This document shows, in pieces, positions 39,396 to 50,296 of a stretch of 64,000 bases of DNA. The stretch lies in contig OY969777.1 of assembly GCA_963702985.1 (NCBI GenBank), forward strand, positions 2,662,819-2,726,818. The letters run 5' to 3'. The position numbers were made by a program, and so were the translations under genes. The stretch is from an uncultured Verrucomicrobiae bacterium (GTDB lineage: Bacteria > Verrucomicrobiota > Verrucomicrobiia > Methylacidiphilales > UBA1321). The notes beneath the pieces were generated by a model. That model was not told the DNA's origin and searched no databases. It saw only the letters and a program-made list of their open reading frames with translations. Within the stretch, counting starts at the first letter, position 1; each line of letters begins with the position of its first letter.

Positions 39396-41624
39396 ATGGC
39401 CTTGTTTTCGTTCGGTAAGAAAGATAAGAAACCGCCCGAAGCATCCGACCCCGTGGCAAAAACGCCACCGACTCCGCCCAAGATTCAAACCCCTCCGGCC
39501 CCGGGGAATTCTCCTTCGGTCAAGGCGGCGCAGCCAAGCGGTTTGATGCCTCCTCCGGCCCCGGGCAATTTTCCTCCGGTCAAGGCGCCGCAGCCGAGCG
39601 GTTTGATGCCTCCTCCGGCCATGCCGGCCGGGGCCGTGACCACGCAGCCGATGTCCATGCCCCGGACAGGCATGACCGGCCTCAAGCCCGCCCGCCCGGG
39701 AGCCGCGCAGACGCGATCCACGCAGCGGATTATCCTTCCGTCTTCTGCCGGCTCGCGGCCCAACAGCACGAAGCCTCTCAGCATGGGGACGCCCAGCGGA
39801 CGAATCAATCTGCCCATCGGCATGATCTTGCGGTGTCTGCCTCCGGAAGTGCTTGCCGCAGACCTTTCGGAATTCGAGGCCAGCGGCGCCGCGGCGACGG
39901 AAATCGGCCTGCCCATGAACATGATTTTGGGTCAGCTTCCCTCGGGCAAAGTTGAAATGGCGTTTCAGGATCTCGTCCCTCATTTTCCGGCGGGCTACCT
40001 CCAACCGACGGAATCCATTGCCAGTTATCTGCCCAATATCATCAGCCTCCCGCTCATGGACGTCGTCATGCGCATCCCGCCGGATCTCCTGGCCGTCCGT
40101 CCCGATCAAAAGGATGTCGACGCCTCCGTCATCAACATGGCGGATCCCTTTACCGAGGAAATTTTGCGCGAGCAGGCGGAAGCCGCGCGCCGGCAATCGC
40201 AAACCAATATCATCGACGAAAGTCAGGCGCCGCAGGAAGAATTTGTTCCCCGTGATCAGACTGAGACGGTAAAACCCGCCGCTCCGCAGCCGCCCCCTCC
40301 AGCCGAAACCCCGGTCCCCTCGCGGCCACCGGCTCCCATGCCCGTGGCCGCCCCGCCGCCCGCGCCGCCGGTCGCCGCCAAGATGCCGACTTTAACCCGG
40401 TCAACCACGCCGGTGCCGATACGGCCCCAAGGTGCGGTCGCCCCCCAGTTGGTCGCACCGCCGCCACTCCAGGCTTCCCCCCCGGTCCCGCCCGTGCCTC
40501 GCCATACGGGTGCGATACCAGCCCCGCCTCCGCCTCGTCATACGGCTTCGCTGCCGATGCCTCTGCCGCGCGCGACTGCTTCCTTCACCGCGCCAAGCCA
40601 GCCAGCCGTCCCCGCGATCGCTCCCCAAGAGCCGGCCCCGGCTGAAAAACCCGTCGTTCCCCAAGAGCCGACCCAAGCTGAAAAAGTTGCCGGCGCCCCG
40701 GATGCCGATGCCGGAGATCTTCAGCGTTTGGCCGCTTTGGCCATGACTCAATTGGGTGACAGCACCGAATCACCCACTGGAGTTCCGCCTCAACCGGCGC
40801 CGGTTGCAGCCCCCGCCCCGGAACCCAAAATTGAAGAGCCCGCCCCGGCGATTGCTTCCGCACCCGCGCCCGCGCCCGCAATCCGGCCGCCCCCGCCGCC
40901 GATACCGGCGCCAATTCCTACCGCGGAGCCTCCGGTCAGTCCCAAAGCTGTTTCGGAACCGTTGCCATCCAGCGCGGCCGCGCAGGCCCCGGCGGAACCG
41001 AAAGCTCACGCGACGGCGGCCTCGATGGCCTTTAATCTGAACACCTGCACCGCGGAGGACCTGGTCCAAAATATCCCCGGCTGCTCGCGGGACGTCGCCG
41101 AGTCAATCGTCGAATATCGGACAAGAATCGGCTCCTTCAAGAGGCTGGAGGATCTGCTCGAGGTCCCCGGCATCACCAAAGCGGCTTACACCCATCTTAC
41201 CGGGGAAGCTCCGCCGGCCAACCGGATTCCGCTTTCGCTCAATGAACTGCTCGGTTTCCCGGCGGAGCAGCACATTTCGTTGAAGGATGTCACGGAGCGG
41301 ATCGCCTGCTGGCCCGACGTCACCGGCTGTGTCCTGAGTCAAAGCAGCGGACTCACCCTGGTCGGCACGGCTCCCGAAGGGGTTGACAAGACGGCCCTCG
41401 TTGCTTTCGCCCCCCGGATGTTCGAGGCCATCAACAAATCATTTTCGGAGGTTTGCGGCCAGGAAACGGACGCCTTGGTCATCCCCACGACCGGGACCAG
41501 CTTCCATCTTTTCCGAAACCGGGACCTCTACTTGATCATCATGTCCCGCTTGCCCCAAATGCCCGAACGCCACGTGAAAGTGGCCCGGTTTGTCCTCGCC
41601 GCGCTCAGCATCCGCAGAGACTAA
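39396..41624 (+). CDS. Pro-rich protein with ComEA-like helix-hairpin-helix domain and C-terminal Roadblock/LC7-like domain
   Basis: NLNTCTAEDLVQNIPGCSRDVAESIVEYRTRIGSFKRLEDLLEVPGI (HhH); WPDVTGCVLSQSSGLTL...LVAFAPRMF (Roadblock); no signal peptide. Confidence 0.8.
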   Translation: MALFSFGKKDKKPPEASDPVAKTPPTPPKIQTPPAPGNSPSVKAAQPSGLMPPPAPGNFPPVKAPQPSGLMPPPAMPAGAVTTQPMSMPRTGMTGLKPARPGAAQTRSTQRIILPSSAGSRPNSTKPLSMGTPSGRINLPIGMILRCLPPEVLAADLSEFEASGAAATEIGLPMNMILGQLPSGKVEMAFQDLVPHFPAGYLQPTESIASYLPNIISLPLMDVVMRIPPDLLAVRPDQKDVDASVINMADPFTEEILREQAEAARRQSQTNIIDESQAPQEEFVPRDQTETVKPAAPQPPPPAETPVPSRPPAPMPVAAPPPAPPVAAKMPTLTRSTTPVPIRPQGAVAPQLVAPPPLQASPPVPPVPRHTGAIPAPPPPRHTASLPMPLPRATASFTAPSQPAVPAIAPQEPAPAEKPVVPQEPTQAEKVAGAPDADAGDLQRLAALAMTQLGDSTESPTGVPPQPAPVAAPAPEPKIEEPAPAIASAPAPAPAIRPPPPPIPAPIPTAEPPVSPKAVSEPLPSSAAAQAPAEPKAHATAASMAFNLNTCTAEDLVQNIPGCSRDVAESIVEYRTRIGSFKRLEDLLEVPGITKAAYTHLTGEAPPANRIPLSLNELLGFPAEQHISLKDVTERIACWPDVTGCVLSQSSGLTLVGTAPEGVDKTALVAFAPRMFEAINKSFSEVCGQETDALVIPTTGTSFHLFRNRDLYLIIMSRLPQMPERHVKVARFVLAALSIRRD
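39490..39620. repeat. In-frame 60-bp tandem duplication (PPAPGNxPxVKAxQPSGLMP)
   Basis: Seen directly. Confidence 0.8.
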
Positions 41625-41642
41625 GTCCCTTGAAGTCGACGT

Positions 41643-42333
41643 ATGGCCTTCATCAATTATTCGAGCCGCGAAATACAGCTCAAGATCGTCTACTACGGCG
41701 CCGCGCTTTGCGGCAAGACAACCAATCTCGTCACCCTTCACAAACAAATCACCCACGCGCAGAAGGGCGAACTGGTCTCTCTGGCCACCGATGCCGACCG
41801 CACCCTGTTCTTCGATTTTTTGTCGCTCAACACCAAGACGCTGCCGGGCTTCACCACCCGCTTCCAACTCTACACCGTCCCCGGACAGGCCATTTACAAT
41901 ACCACCCGGCAATTGGTGCTCAAAGGAGTGGACGGCATAGTCTTTGTCGTGGATTCCCATTGGGAAAAAATGGCGGACAACGTCGAGTCCTTCGCCAATC
42001 TCCAGGAAAATCTGATCGAGAACCACTTGAGCCTTGTTCAGATACCCTACGTCCTGCAGTACAACAAACGGGACATTCCCAACGCCGCTCCCATCAACTA
42101 CCTTGAATTTACCTTCAACAACCGCGCCAACCGGGTGCTCGCCTTCGAGTCCGTGGCGGCAACCGGCTCCGGCGTTCTGGAAACCTTGAACGCGGCGCGC
42201 CCGTCTGCTTCTCGCCAAATATTCCAAGTCCCCCAACGCCAACGTTACCGGCATGGCCCAGCCCAACCCTTCCCTCGCGGTGCCGCCTTCCGAGGAAACC
42301 CCCCAGGTTCCAGCCGACAACGCCGTCGCCTGA
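41643..42333 (+). CDS. mglA: MglA-family small GTPase (apparent +1 frameshift near 42197)
   Basis: MAFINYSSREIQLKIVYYGAALCGKTTNL, DRTLFFDF, FQLYTVPGQ, KGVDGIVFVVDS, QYNKRD; alternate frame continues ARLLLAKYSK to TGA at 42331. Confidence 0.9.
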
Positions 42334-42347
42334 TCAAGGAGATACCC

Positions 42348-42818
42348 ATGACTGGAATTGGAATGCTCACGGTCGAGGATCAACTGGCCATCGAACAACG
42401 CTTGGCCGACTTTCTGAGCAAGTCGGAAGCACAATGGTCGGCGTTGGTGGATAAAGGGGGCAATCTCTTTGCCCAGTCCGGCGACACCGGCAAACTCGAT
42501 CTCAGCATCCTCTCCGCCCTGGCCGCCGGGTCCTTCGCCGCCACCCACGAGTTGGCCAAGCGCTTGGGCGAATCGGAGTTCAGCGCGCTCTATCATGAAG
42601 GACACGGCCAGCACATCCTGATGAGCGCGCTGCATCACGAATGCCTCCTCGTCACCATATTCGGCGAAAAAACCAATATCGGGCTGGTCAGATTTTATGC
42701 CCAACAGGTCACGCTCTCGCTCAATGAACTTTTGCAGCAGGCCCGTGCGAAGGAAGCCGCAGCCGCGCCTCTTTTGCTGGAGGGCGATTTCGCAAGCGGC
42801 CGGGCAGCAATTACCTAG
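42348..42818 (+). CDS. mglB: MglB-family Roadblock/LC7 protein
   Basis: AAGGAG RBS; LVDKGGNL...LSALAAGSFAATHELAKRLGESEFSALYHEG...IGLVRF. Confidence 0.9.
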   Translation: MTGIGMLTVEDQLAIEQRLADFLSKSEAQWSALVDKGGNLFAQSGDTGKLDLSILSALAAGSFAATHELAKRLGESEFSALYHEGHGQHILMSALHHECLLVTIFGEKTNIGLVRFYAQQVTLSLNELLQQARAKEAAAAPLLLEGDFASGRAAIT

Positions 42819-42933
42819 AGCCATACACGGCTAGGCAAAAGAGGCCGTCGTCTATTTTTAAAACAGCCTTACGCGCTTCCAAGACATTCGATCGTGGGCA
42901 TTTTTTTGACAATCGCCACTCGTTTACATTTTT

Positions 42934-43037
42934 TGTTTCCTTAATAACATGCTTATTTAAAACGGCTTATACCCGGATTCGATTTTCTGATACAAATCGT
43001 CCTCTCCTCCCATATTTCAATTGGCACGCCAAATGTT
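42934..43037 (+). promoter_or_regulatory. Sigma54-like promoter with candidate upstream activator site for flp pilin 1
   Basis: TGGCACGCCAAATGTT at 43022-43037 (canonical -24, variant -12) and TGT-N10-ACA at 42934-42949. Confidence 0.5.
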
Positions 43038-43141
43038 TATTCATACCCAAGTTCGCCATGGGCGGCCCGATTGAGGCGTGCGACAGGCGCAATTCCTGAA
43101 AAATTTCGATACATTTTTGATTGAGAGGAGGTGAAAAAACA

Positions 43142-43345
43142 ATGATTAACAAAGTAATTACCAGCGCCAAAATTGCGCTGCGCCGCATGAAGAGCAAGAA
43201 GGGCCAGACCCTCGTGGAATACGCCTTGATCCTCGCCTTCATTTCCGTGGTCGCCATCTCCGTCCTGATCGCCCTCGGGGGTCAGGTCAAGAGCGTGTTC
43301 TCGACCATCACCAGCCAGCTCCAAACTGCTGGAAGCAGCCACTAA
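43142..43345 (+). CDS. flp: Flp/Fap (Tad type IV) pilin 1
   Basis: Basic leader, G|QTLVEYALIL, hydrophobic helix; GGAGGTG RBS. Confidence 0.92.
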   Translation: MINKVITSAKIALRRMKSKKGQTLVEYALILAFISVVAISVLIALGGQVKSVFSTITSQLQTAGSSH

Positions 43346-43360
43346 TTCTCACTTTGGCTC

Positions 43361-43395
43361 AGGGATTTGAGAAGTTCCATTCTCTCAAGTCCCTT
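43361..43395 (+). terminator. Hairpin after flp1, conserved after flp3
   Basis: GGGATTTGAGA-loop-TCTCAAGTCCC; the copy after flp3 shows a compensatory T-A to C-G pair. Confidence 0.55.
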
Positions 43396-43499
43396 CCCGG
43401 CGCTCTCATCGGCTTGATCCCGTCATTCGATATCTCTTTCATTGTCGAAGTTATCGCAGTGATGTACCTTTTAAAAGCGATCCCCATCAACGTTCACAA

Positions 43500-43703
43500 A
43501 TGAGAACCGTCATCGAAACATTTCTCGCGCCGCTTGTCCGGCGCGGGTTCCGCAAGAAAGGGCAGACTCTGGTCGAATACGCCCTGATCCTGGCCATTAT
43601 CACCATCGTCATGGTCGCGGTTATGTCCCTTCTGGGATCCCGACTCGTGGTCATTTTCAGCACGATCACGAGCCTTCTGGACACGGCCCAAGGCAGCCAT
43701 TAG
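43500..43703 (+). CDS. flp: Flp pilin 2 (divergent)
   Basis: RKKG|QTLVEYALIL. Confidence 0.9.
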   Translation: MRTVIETFLAPLVRRGFRKKGQTLVEYALILAIITIVMVAVMSLLGSRLVVIFSTITSLLDTAQGSH

Positions 43704-43926
43704 GCGCATGCGCTAACGACCTCCGAGCTCAGAATCACCCCCGCAAGGGGTCCATCTCGTCCCATTATTTTTCTTGCGGGTCCTGCAAACGATCCTATTT
43801 AAAAAGATGACACGCGAAATGTTTACCGTTAGACTATTTCAGCATGGCAGCCTCACTGAGGCGCGCGACAGGCGCGGTTCCTGAAAATTTTCGAAACATT
43901 TTTGATTGAGAGGAGGTGAAAAAACA

Positions 43927-44130
43927 ATGATTAACAACGTAATTACTAGCGCCAAAATTGCGCTGCGCCGCATGAAGAGCAAGAAGGGCCAGACCCTCGT
44001 GGAGTACGCCTTGATTCTCGCCTTCATTTCCGTGGTCGCCATCTCCGTCCTGATCGCCCTCGGGGGTCAGGTCAAGAGCGTGTTCTCGACCATCACCAGC
44101 CAGCTCCAAACTTCTGCAAGCAGCCACTAA
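43927..44130 (+). CDS. flp: Flp pilin 3 (near-identical to flp1)
   Basis: Part of a ~350-bp direct repeat (43072-43422 vs 43857-44207). Confidence 0.92.
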   Translation: MINNVITSAKIALRRMKSKKGQTLVEYALILAFISVVAISVLIALGGQVKSVFSTITSQLQTSASSH

Positions 44131-44292
44131 TTCTCACCCTGGCTCAGAGATCTGAGAAGTTCCATTCTCTCAGGTCCCTTGCCGATGCGCCCATCGGCTT
44201 GATCCCGCCGCTCCCTGTCTCCTTCGTTGTTGCGCCCCATGCCGTTTTGGTGCTTGCCCTGCGCTGGAATTGAGATACTCTTTTCGACTCCC

Positions 44293-44562
44293 ATGAAACC
44301 CAATATCCACCCCGAATATGTGGAAAGCCAGATCGTCTGCGCCTGCGGCGCGGTCTATCACACCCGCTCCACCAAGCAGAATCTCCGCCTCGGCATTTGC
44401 GCGGCCTGCCATCCCTTTTTCACCGGTCAGCAGAAATTTGTCGACACCGCCGGACGCGTGGAAAAGTTCACGAAGCGATTCGGAACCAGCAAGATGACCG
44501 AAGCGCGCCTCGCCGGCGCCTCCGGCGCGAAGTCCGCTCCCGCGGCCGCAAAAAAGAAATAG
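44293..44562 (+). CDS. rpmE: 50S ribosomal protein L31 (Zn-binding form)
   Basis: [29 protein letters not shown]. Confidence 0.95.
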   Translation: MKPNIHPEYVESQIVCACGAVYHTRSTKQNLRLGICAACHPFFTGQQKFVDTAGRVEKFTKRFGTSKMTEARLAGASGAKSAPAAAKKK

Positions 44563-44649
44563 CTCCCTTTTACCGGGCGCAGTCCGCCGCAGTCCGGCGC
44601 CGCGCCCTTTTTGTTTCGACGTCCCGTCTCCATTTTCCCAGTCACCGAC

Positions 44650-45738
44650 ATGGATTTAATGCCCCATCTCGACCGGTTTGCGCGCCGCTTTGCCGAGCTT
44701 GAAGAGCAGTTGGCGCGCCCTGATCTCTACGACAACCCCCAGCGCGCGCAGGAGTTGACCCGGGAACATTCGCGCCTCAAGCAACTCTTGGGCGACGGAC
44801 AAAAGTGGCTCAAGTTGAAGCGCGATCTCGCCGAAGCCGAATCGATGGCCAAAAATATCGCGGAACCGGAAATGGCCGAAATGGCGGCGGAAGAACTCGC
44901 CACGCTTCGTCCGGCCTATGAAAAAGCCGAGCAGGCCATCCGTTTTGGCATCGTCCCCCCGGACGAAAACGATTCCCGCAACACGATTGTCGAAATTCGC
45001 GCCGGAGTCGGCGGAGACGAAGCGGGCCTTTTCGCCGCAGAACTCGCCCGGATGTACAGCCGCTATGCCGAGCGGGTCGGCTGGAAAACCGAGACGCTCG
45101 AGTTGAGCCCGTCGGACAAGGGCGGAGTCAAGGAAATCATCTTCCAGGTCAACGGCACCGACGTCTTCAAGAAGCTCCGTTATGAAAGCGGCGTGCACCG
45201 GGTGCAGCGTGTTCCCGCCACCGAGGCCCAGGGGCGCGTCCACACCTCCACGGCGACCGTCGCGGTGCTGCCCGAGGCCAAGGAAGTCGACCTGGTGATC
45301 AAGCCCGAGGATCTCGACATCAGCGTCTGCCGTTCCGGCGGCCCGGGCGGGCAGGGGGTCAACACGACCGATTCCGCCGTCCAGATCACCCATCGGCCCA
45401 CCGGGGTCACCGTGCGCTGCCAGGACGGGCGCTCCCAACTCAAGAACAAGGAAAAGGCGATGAACATCCTTCGTTCGCGGCTCCTGGAAAAGAAGGTGGC
45501 CGACGAGGAGGCGAAGTACGCGGAGCATCGCAAAAGCCAGATCGGCTCGGGCGACCGCAACGAAAAAATACGCACCTACAATTTTCCGGACAACCGCCTG
45601 ACCGACCATCGCGTCCGCTACACGGCGCACAATCTCTCCTATGTCATGGAGGGTGATCTCGACGAGCTTTTCGACGTCCTCGCCACTCACGCCCTGGAAC
45701 AAAAATTCGCGGAATTGGAAACCGCGGCCGCGTCATGA
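44650..45738 (+). CDS. prfA: Peptide chain release factor 1
   Basis: HRVQRVPATE (PxT), GGQGVNTTDSA, IRTYNFP. Confidence 0.96.
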   Translation: MDLMPHLDRFARRFAELEEQLARPDLYDNPQRAQELTREHSRLKQLLGDGQKWLKLKRDLAEAESMAKNIAEPEMAEMAAEELATLRPAYEKAEQAIRFGIVPPDENDSRNTIVEIRAGVGGDEAGLFAAELARMYSRYAERVGWKTETLELSPSDKGGVKEIIFQVNGTDVFKKLRYESGVHRVQRVPATEAQGRVHTSTATVAVLPEAKEVDLVIKPEDLDISVCRSGGPGGQGVNTTDSAVQITHRPTGVTVRCQDGRSQLKNKEKAMNILRSRLLEKKVADEEAKYAEHRKSQIGSGDRNEKIRTYNFPDNRLTDHRVRYTAHNLSYVMEGDLDELFDVLATHALEQKFAELETAAAS

Positions 45739-45746
45739 AAGGGGAA

Positions 45747-45928
45747 ATGACAAAATTACCAAATTTCCAAATTAAACCAAATTTCCAAATTTTTTTGAGG
45801 TGGGAGAGTCGCAATCATTTTCGATGAATCCGTTTCATGCCTTTAATTTGGTAATTTGGCAAAATTTAGTAATTTGGTCATGCTTCCCCTCTTAAAGAAA
45901 TTTCATTCATTCCGTTAATTCCGTCAAA
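45747..45928. repeat. AT-rich inverted low-complexity repeats
   Basis: CCAAATT-type units followed by AATTTGG units; TTCCGTTAATTCCGTCAAA unit shared with 55670-55845. Confidence 0.6.
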
Positions 45929-45937
45929 AATTCTTAA

Positions 45938-46777
45938 ATGACCGTGCTGGAACTGCTCGAAAACACCACGCGCTATTTCGCCAGGCACGACGTGCCGTCG
46001 CCGCGCCTCACGATCGAACTCATGCTCGCCGAAATCATGCAAAAAACCCGCATGCAGCTTTACCTCGAATTCGACCAGCCCGTTTCCGATCCGGTGATGG
46101 ACCGGCTGCGTCCGCTGGTCAAGCGGCGGGCCGGCGGTGAACCGCTCGAATATCTGCTCGGCGGCACGACCTTCGCCGGGCAGCGCATCGCCCTCACGCC
46201 CGACGTCCTCATCCCGCGGCCCGAAACGGAAATTTTGCTCGATGAGGCGGTCCGGCTCATCGAGCCGGAGGGACTGCCCGTTTTGGATGTCGGCACGGGC
46301 TCGGGCATTCTCGCGCTGGCGCTGGCCAGGAAATTTCCGGGCCTGGAAATCGTCGCCACCGACATCAGCCCGGCCGCGCTCGCGCTGGCCCGGCGCAATG
46401 CCGGGAGCAACGGGGACGGGGCCGGTAAGATTCGCTTCCTCGAAAGCGATCTGATGGAGGAGACCTCTCTTCCGGAACGCTTTCAAATGATCATCGCCAA
46501 TCTTCCCTACATCCCCACCGGCCAGATCGACGGCCTGATGCGCGAGGTGCGCCATGAACCGCGCCTGGCGCTCGACGGCGGCGCGGACGGCCTCGGTTTG
46601 ATCCGCCGGCTTATCGCCCAAAGCGCGGGACGGACGCGCCATCTCGCCCTGGAGCTTGGCGACGGCCAGGCGGAGGAAGCGAAAACGCTTTGCCTCGGCG
46701 CGGGTTACGCTTTAATCCGAATCTTGCCCGACTTCACGCAACGCGAGAGAATCCTCGTCGCGCAATACCGGAACTAA
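45938..46777 (+). CDS. prmC: Release factor glutamine methyltransferase
   Basis: VLIPRPETE, DVGTGSG, ANLPY, ALDGGADGL. Confidence 0.95.
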   Translation: MTVLELLENTTRYFARHDVPSPRLTIELMLAEIMQKTRMQLYLEFDQPVSDPVMDRLRPLVKRRAGGEPLEYLLGGTTFAGQRIALTPDVLIPRPETEILLDEAVRLIEPEGLPVLDVGTGSGILALALARKFPGLEIVATDISPAALALARRNAGSNGDGAGKIRFLESDLMEETSLPERFQMIIANLPYIPTGQIDGLMREVRHEPRLALDGGADGLGLIRRLIAQSAGRTRHLALELGDGQAEEAKTLCLGAGYALIRILPDFTQRERILVAQYRN

Positions 46778-46779
46778 TC

Positions 46780-48534
<1,755 letters not shown>

Positions 48535-48538
<4 letters not shown>

Positions 48539-48996
48539 ACTTTTTCCCCGCGCTGGTGACCGAGGAGCATCCCCTCGAACTGACCGAGGAAATTCCCGCG
48601 GGAATCCTCGGCCTGGACGCCGCCTGCGCCCGCGCCGAACAGCCCATCCGGGCCGAGTTGGTTGTGCAAAAGGACGAGGAGAACTTTCTGGTGACGGGCT
48701 GGGCCGCGACCTCCCTTTCGCTCCTCTGCGGACGATGCGCGGGATGGCTCCCGTGGCCCATCCGCGCCCGGGTGGAGCATCTTTTTGAGGGGCCCCATCC
48801 GAATTGCATCGACTTGACTCCCTTTCTCCGGGAAGATATTTTGCTCGAATTGCCGCTCAATGCGGTCTGTCGGCTGGGCGCGGATGGCCGCTGCCCGGTC
48901 ACCGGCGAGCTTTACCAACCGCGTCCGGAAACCTCCGGGACATTGGCCGGAGAGGAAGTTTGGGAGGCGCTGAGTAAAATTAAACTGAAGGATTGA
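48535..48996 (+). CDS. yceD: DUF177/YceD family protein
   Basis: CGRC, IDLTPFLREDILLELP; position before rpmF. Confidence 0.85.
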
Positions 48997-49003
48997 GAGA
49001 TTT

Positions 49004-49189
49004 ATGGGAACTCCTAAACGCAAAACATCGAAAATGCGCCTGCGCACACGCCGGGCCGCGAACGCCTGGAAATCGCCCGGGCTCTACGTTGATCCGAAGA
49101 CGGGAAACCGTCATCATGGCCACTGTGTCGACGCGAAGACCGGCATGTACAAGGGCCGCCAGGTCATTTCCCGCACGGTTGAAGAATAG
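49004..49189 (+). CDS. rpmF: 50S ribosomal protein L32
   Basis: MGTPKRKTSK...GMYKGRQV. Confidence 0.93.
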   Translation: MGTPKRKTSKMRLRTRRAANAWKSPGLYVDPKTGNRHHGHCVDAKTGMYKGRQVISRTVEE

Positions 49190-49252
49190 GTTCGGATTGG
49201 GCGGAAGACGAATGGCTCGCACCGCCGCTTTTTTTCGGAAGCTCCACTCTCC

Positions 49253-50296
49253 ATGAAGATCGCTCTCGATGCCATGGGCGGGGATTCCGCGCCCGCAAGC
49301 ACCGTGGCCGGCGCGTGGGAAGCGCTCAAGAAGTATCCGGACATCGAGATCGTTCTCGTCGGGGATCAGCGGCGCATCGAGGGGGAACTCGCGGCGCTCG
49401 GCGCGCTGCCTCTCCACAAGCGCTTTTCCATCCTTCAGGCCTCGCAGGTCGTGGACATGACCGACAGCGCGACCGACGCGTTGCGGCGCAAGAAGGACTC
49501 CTCGATCTCCCGGGCCGTCGACTTGCTGGCCAACGGCGGTGCCCAGGCGCTGGTCTCCGCCGGACACACCGGCGCGTTTGTCGCCGCGGCCAAGGTCAAG
49601 CTGCGCACGCTGCCCGGCATCGATCGTCCCGGCATCGCGACGGTCATGCCGACGGAAACCAATCTTTTCCTGCTCATCGACGCCGGGGCCAACGTCGATT
49701 CCGAGCCGAAGCACCTGCTCCAATTCGGGATCATGGGATCGGTCTATTCCCGCGAGGTCATGGGCCGCAAAAATCCGCGCGTCGGCCTGATGAGCATCGG
49801 CTCGGAAGCGGGCAAGGGCAATGAACTGACCCGCGAGGCCTACAAGGAACTGGCCCTGGCGAAAATCAATTTTATCGGCAACGTCGAGGGGCACGATTTG
49901 TTCAACAAGCCGGTGGACGTCGTGGTTTGCGACGGCTTTGTCGGCAATGTGATCCTCAAGACTTCCGAAAGCCTGGCCAGCGCGATTTTTGCCTGGCTCA
50001 AGCGCGAGCTCAAGAAAGACCTGAGGCGCAAGGCCGGCGCGATCCTGGCCCAAGAAGCCTTCTACGCCATCCGCCGCAAGACCAACACGGAGGAATATGG
50101 CGGCATGCCGTTGCTGGGCGTCAATGGCATTTGCATCAAGGCGCACGGCAACTCCTCGCCCAAAGCGATCAAAAATGCAATCCGGGTCGCGCGGGAAGCC
50201 GTGACTCACAAGGTCAATCCGAGTATTGTCGCGGAAATAGCCCAGCATGATAAACTTGTCCAAGACGCCGGAACCGATGGAAAACGCACGACGTAG
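49253..50296 (+). CDS. plsX: Phosphate acyltransferase
   Basis: IALDAMGGD, DAGANVD, CDGFVGN, KAHGNSS. Confidence 0.96.
   Translation: MKIALDAMGGDSAPASTVAGAWEALKKYPDIEIVLVGDQRRIEGELAALGALPLHKRFSILQASQVVDMTDSATDALRRKKDSSISRAVDLLANGGAQALVSAGHTGAFVAAAKVKLRTLPGIDRPGIATVMPTETNLFLLIDAGANVDSEPKHLLQFGIMGSVYSREVMGRKNPRVGLMSIGSEAGKGNELTREAYKELALAKINFIGNVEGHDLFNKPVDVVVCDGFVGNVILKTSESLASAIFAWLKRELKKDLRRKAGAILAQEAFYAIRRKTNTEEYGGMPLLGVNGICIKAHGNSSPKAIKNAIRVAREAVTHKVNPSIVAEIAQHDKLVQDAGTDGKRTT

Noticed and set aside
41643-42818. 391-aa MglA-MglB fusion in the ORF track
   Set aside because: The linker reads out of frame. The alternate frame gives a normal MglA C-terminal helix ending at TGA 42331, followed by AAGGAG and ATG 42348. 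One extra base explains it, matching other indels in the window.
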